Assembly: GCA_013239625.1 (NCBI GenBank)
Contig: MU053933.1
Location: forward strand, 3,525,817-3,587,073
Length of the DNA stretch: 61,257 nt
Reading direction: 5' to 3'
DNA from: Lama guanicoe
Lineage: Eukaryota
Part shown: one piece after another, positions 61,101 through 61,257 of the stretch
Numbering within the stretch: the first letter of the stretch is position 1
How the letters are laid out: every line of letters starts with the position of its first letter
Made by a program: the position numbers and the translations under genes
Notes under the pieces: model-generated
The model's database searches: none
What the model was told of the DNA's origin: nothing
The model's input: the letters and a program-made list of their open reading frames with translations, nothing else

Positions 61101-61257
61101 GCACATACATTTTTTAATTTACATATAAAAACAACCACAAAAATTAACTCAAAAAGATACATACACCCTGCTATTAACAGCAACATTATTTATAATTGCC
61201 AAGATATATAAGCATCCTAAGTGCACATCAATAGTTAAATAGATAATGGAGTGGAGA

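Overview
Mammalian genomic DNA, GC- and CpG-rich. A tRNA-derived SINE at 4287-4416 resembles the camelid Vic-1 type, suggesting camel, alpaca or llama. The window holds the 3' half of PCNT (pericentrin, + strand): 24 coding exons traced by hand from 1 to the stop at 42571. All are flanked by GT-AG, their phases chain into one open frame of about 1,778 aa, and the frame ends in the PACT domain. An ~8 kb intergenic block follows, made mostly of a decayed ERV-L provirus with nested MaLR LTRs. After it come the CpG-island promoter and first two coding exons of DIP2A (+ strand). Introns carry ancient L1s (one nearly full length), MIR, MER21, Charlie and MER elements. Most notable: a 54-nt intronic inverted copy of PCNT exon sequence (38 nt perfect, both mismatches G-U compatible) that could pair across a 3' splice site next to the separase motif; a pure (CCGCGC)9 repeat at the DIP2A 5' end; a 93-nt PCNT exon missing from the human protein as I recall it; and several atypical splice and polyA sites. 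Gene, repeat-family and human-comparison calls are from recalled sequence, not database searches, and repeat boundaries are approximate. I found no evidence of a wholly new gene system.
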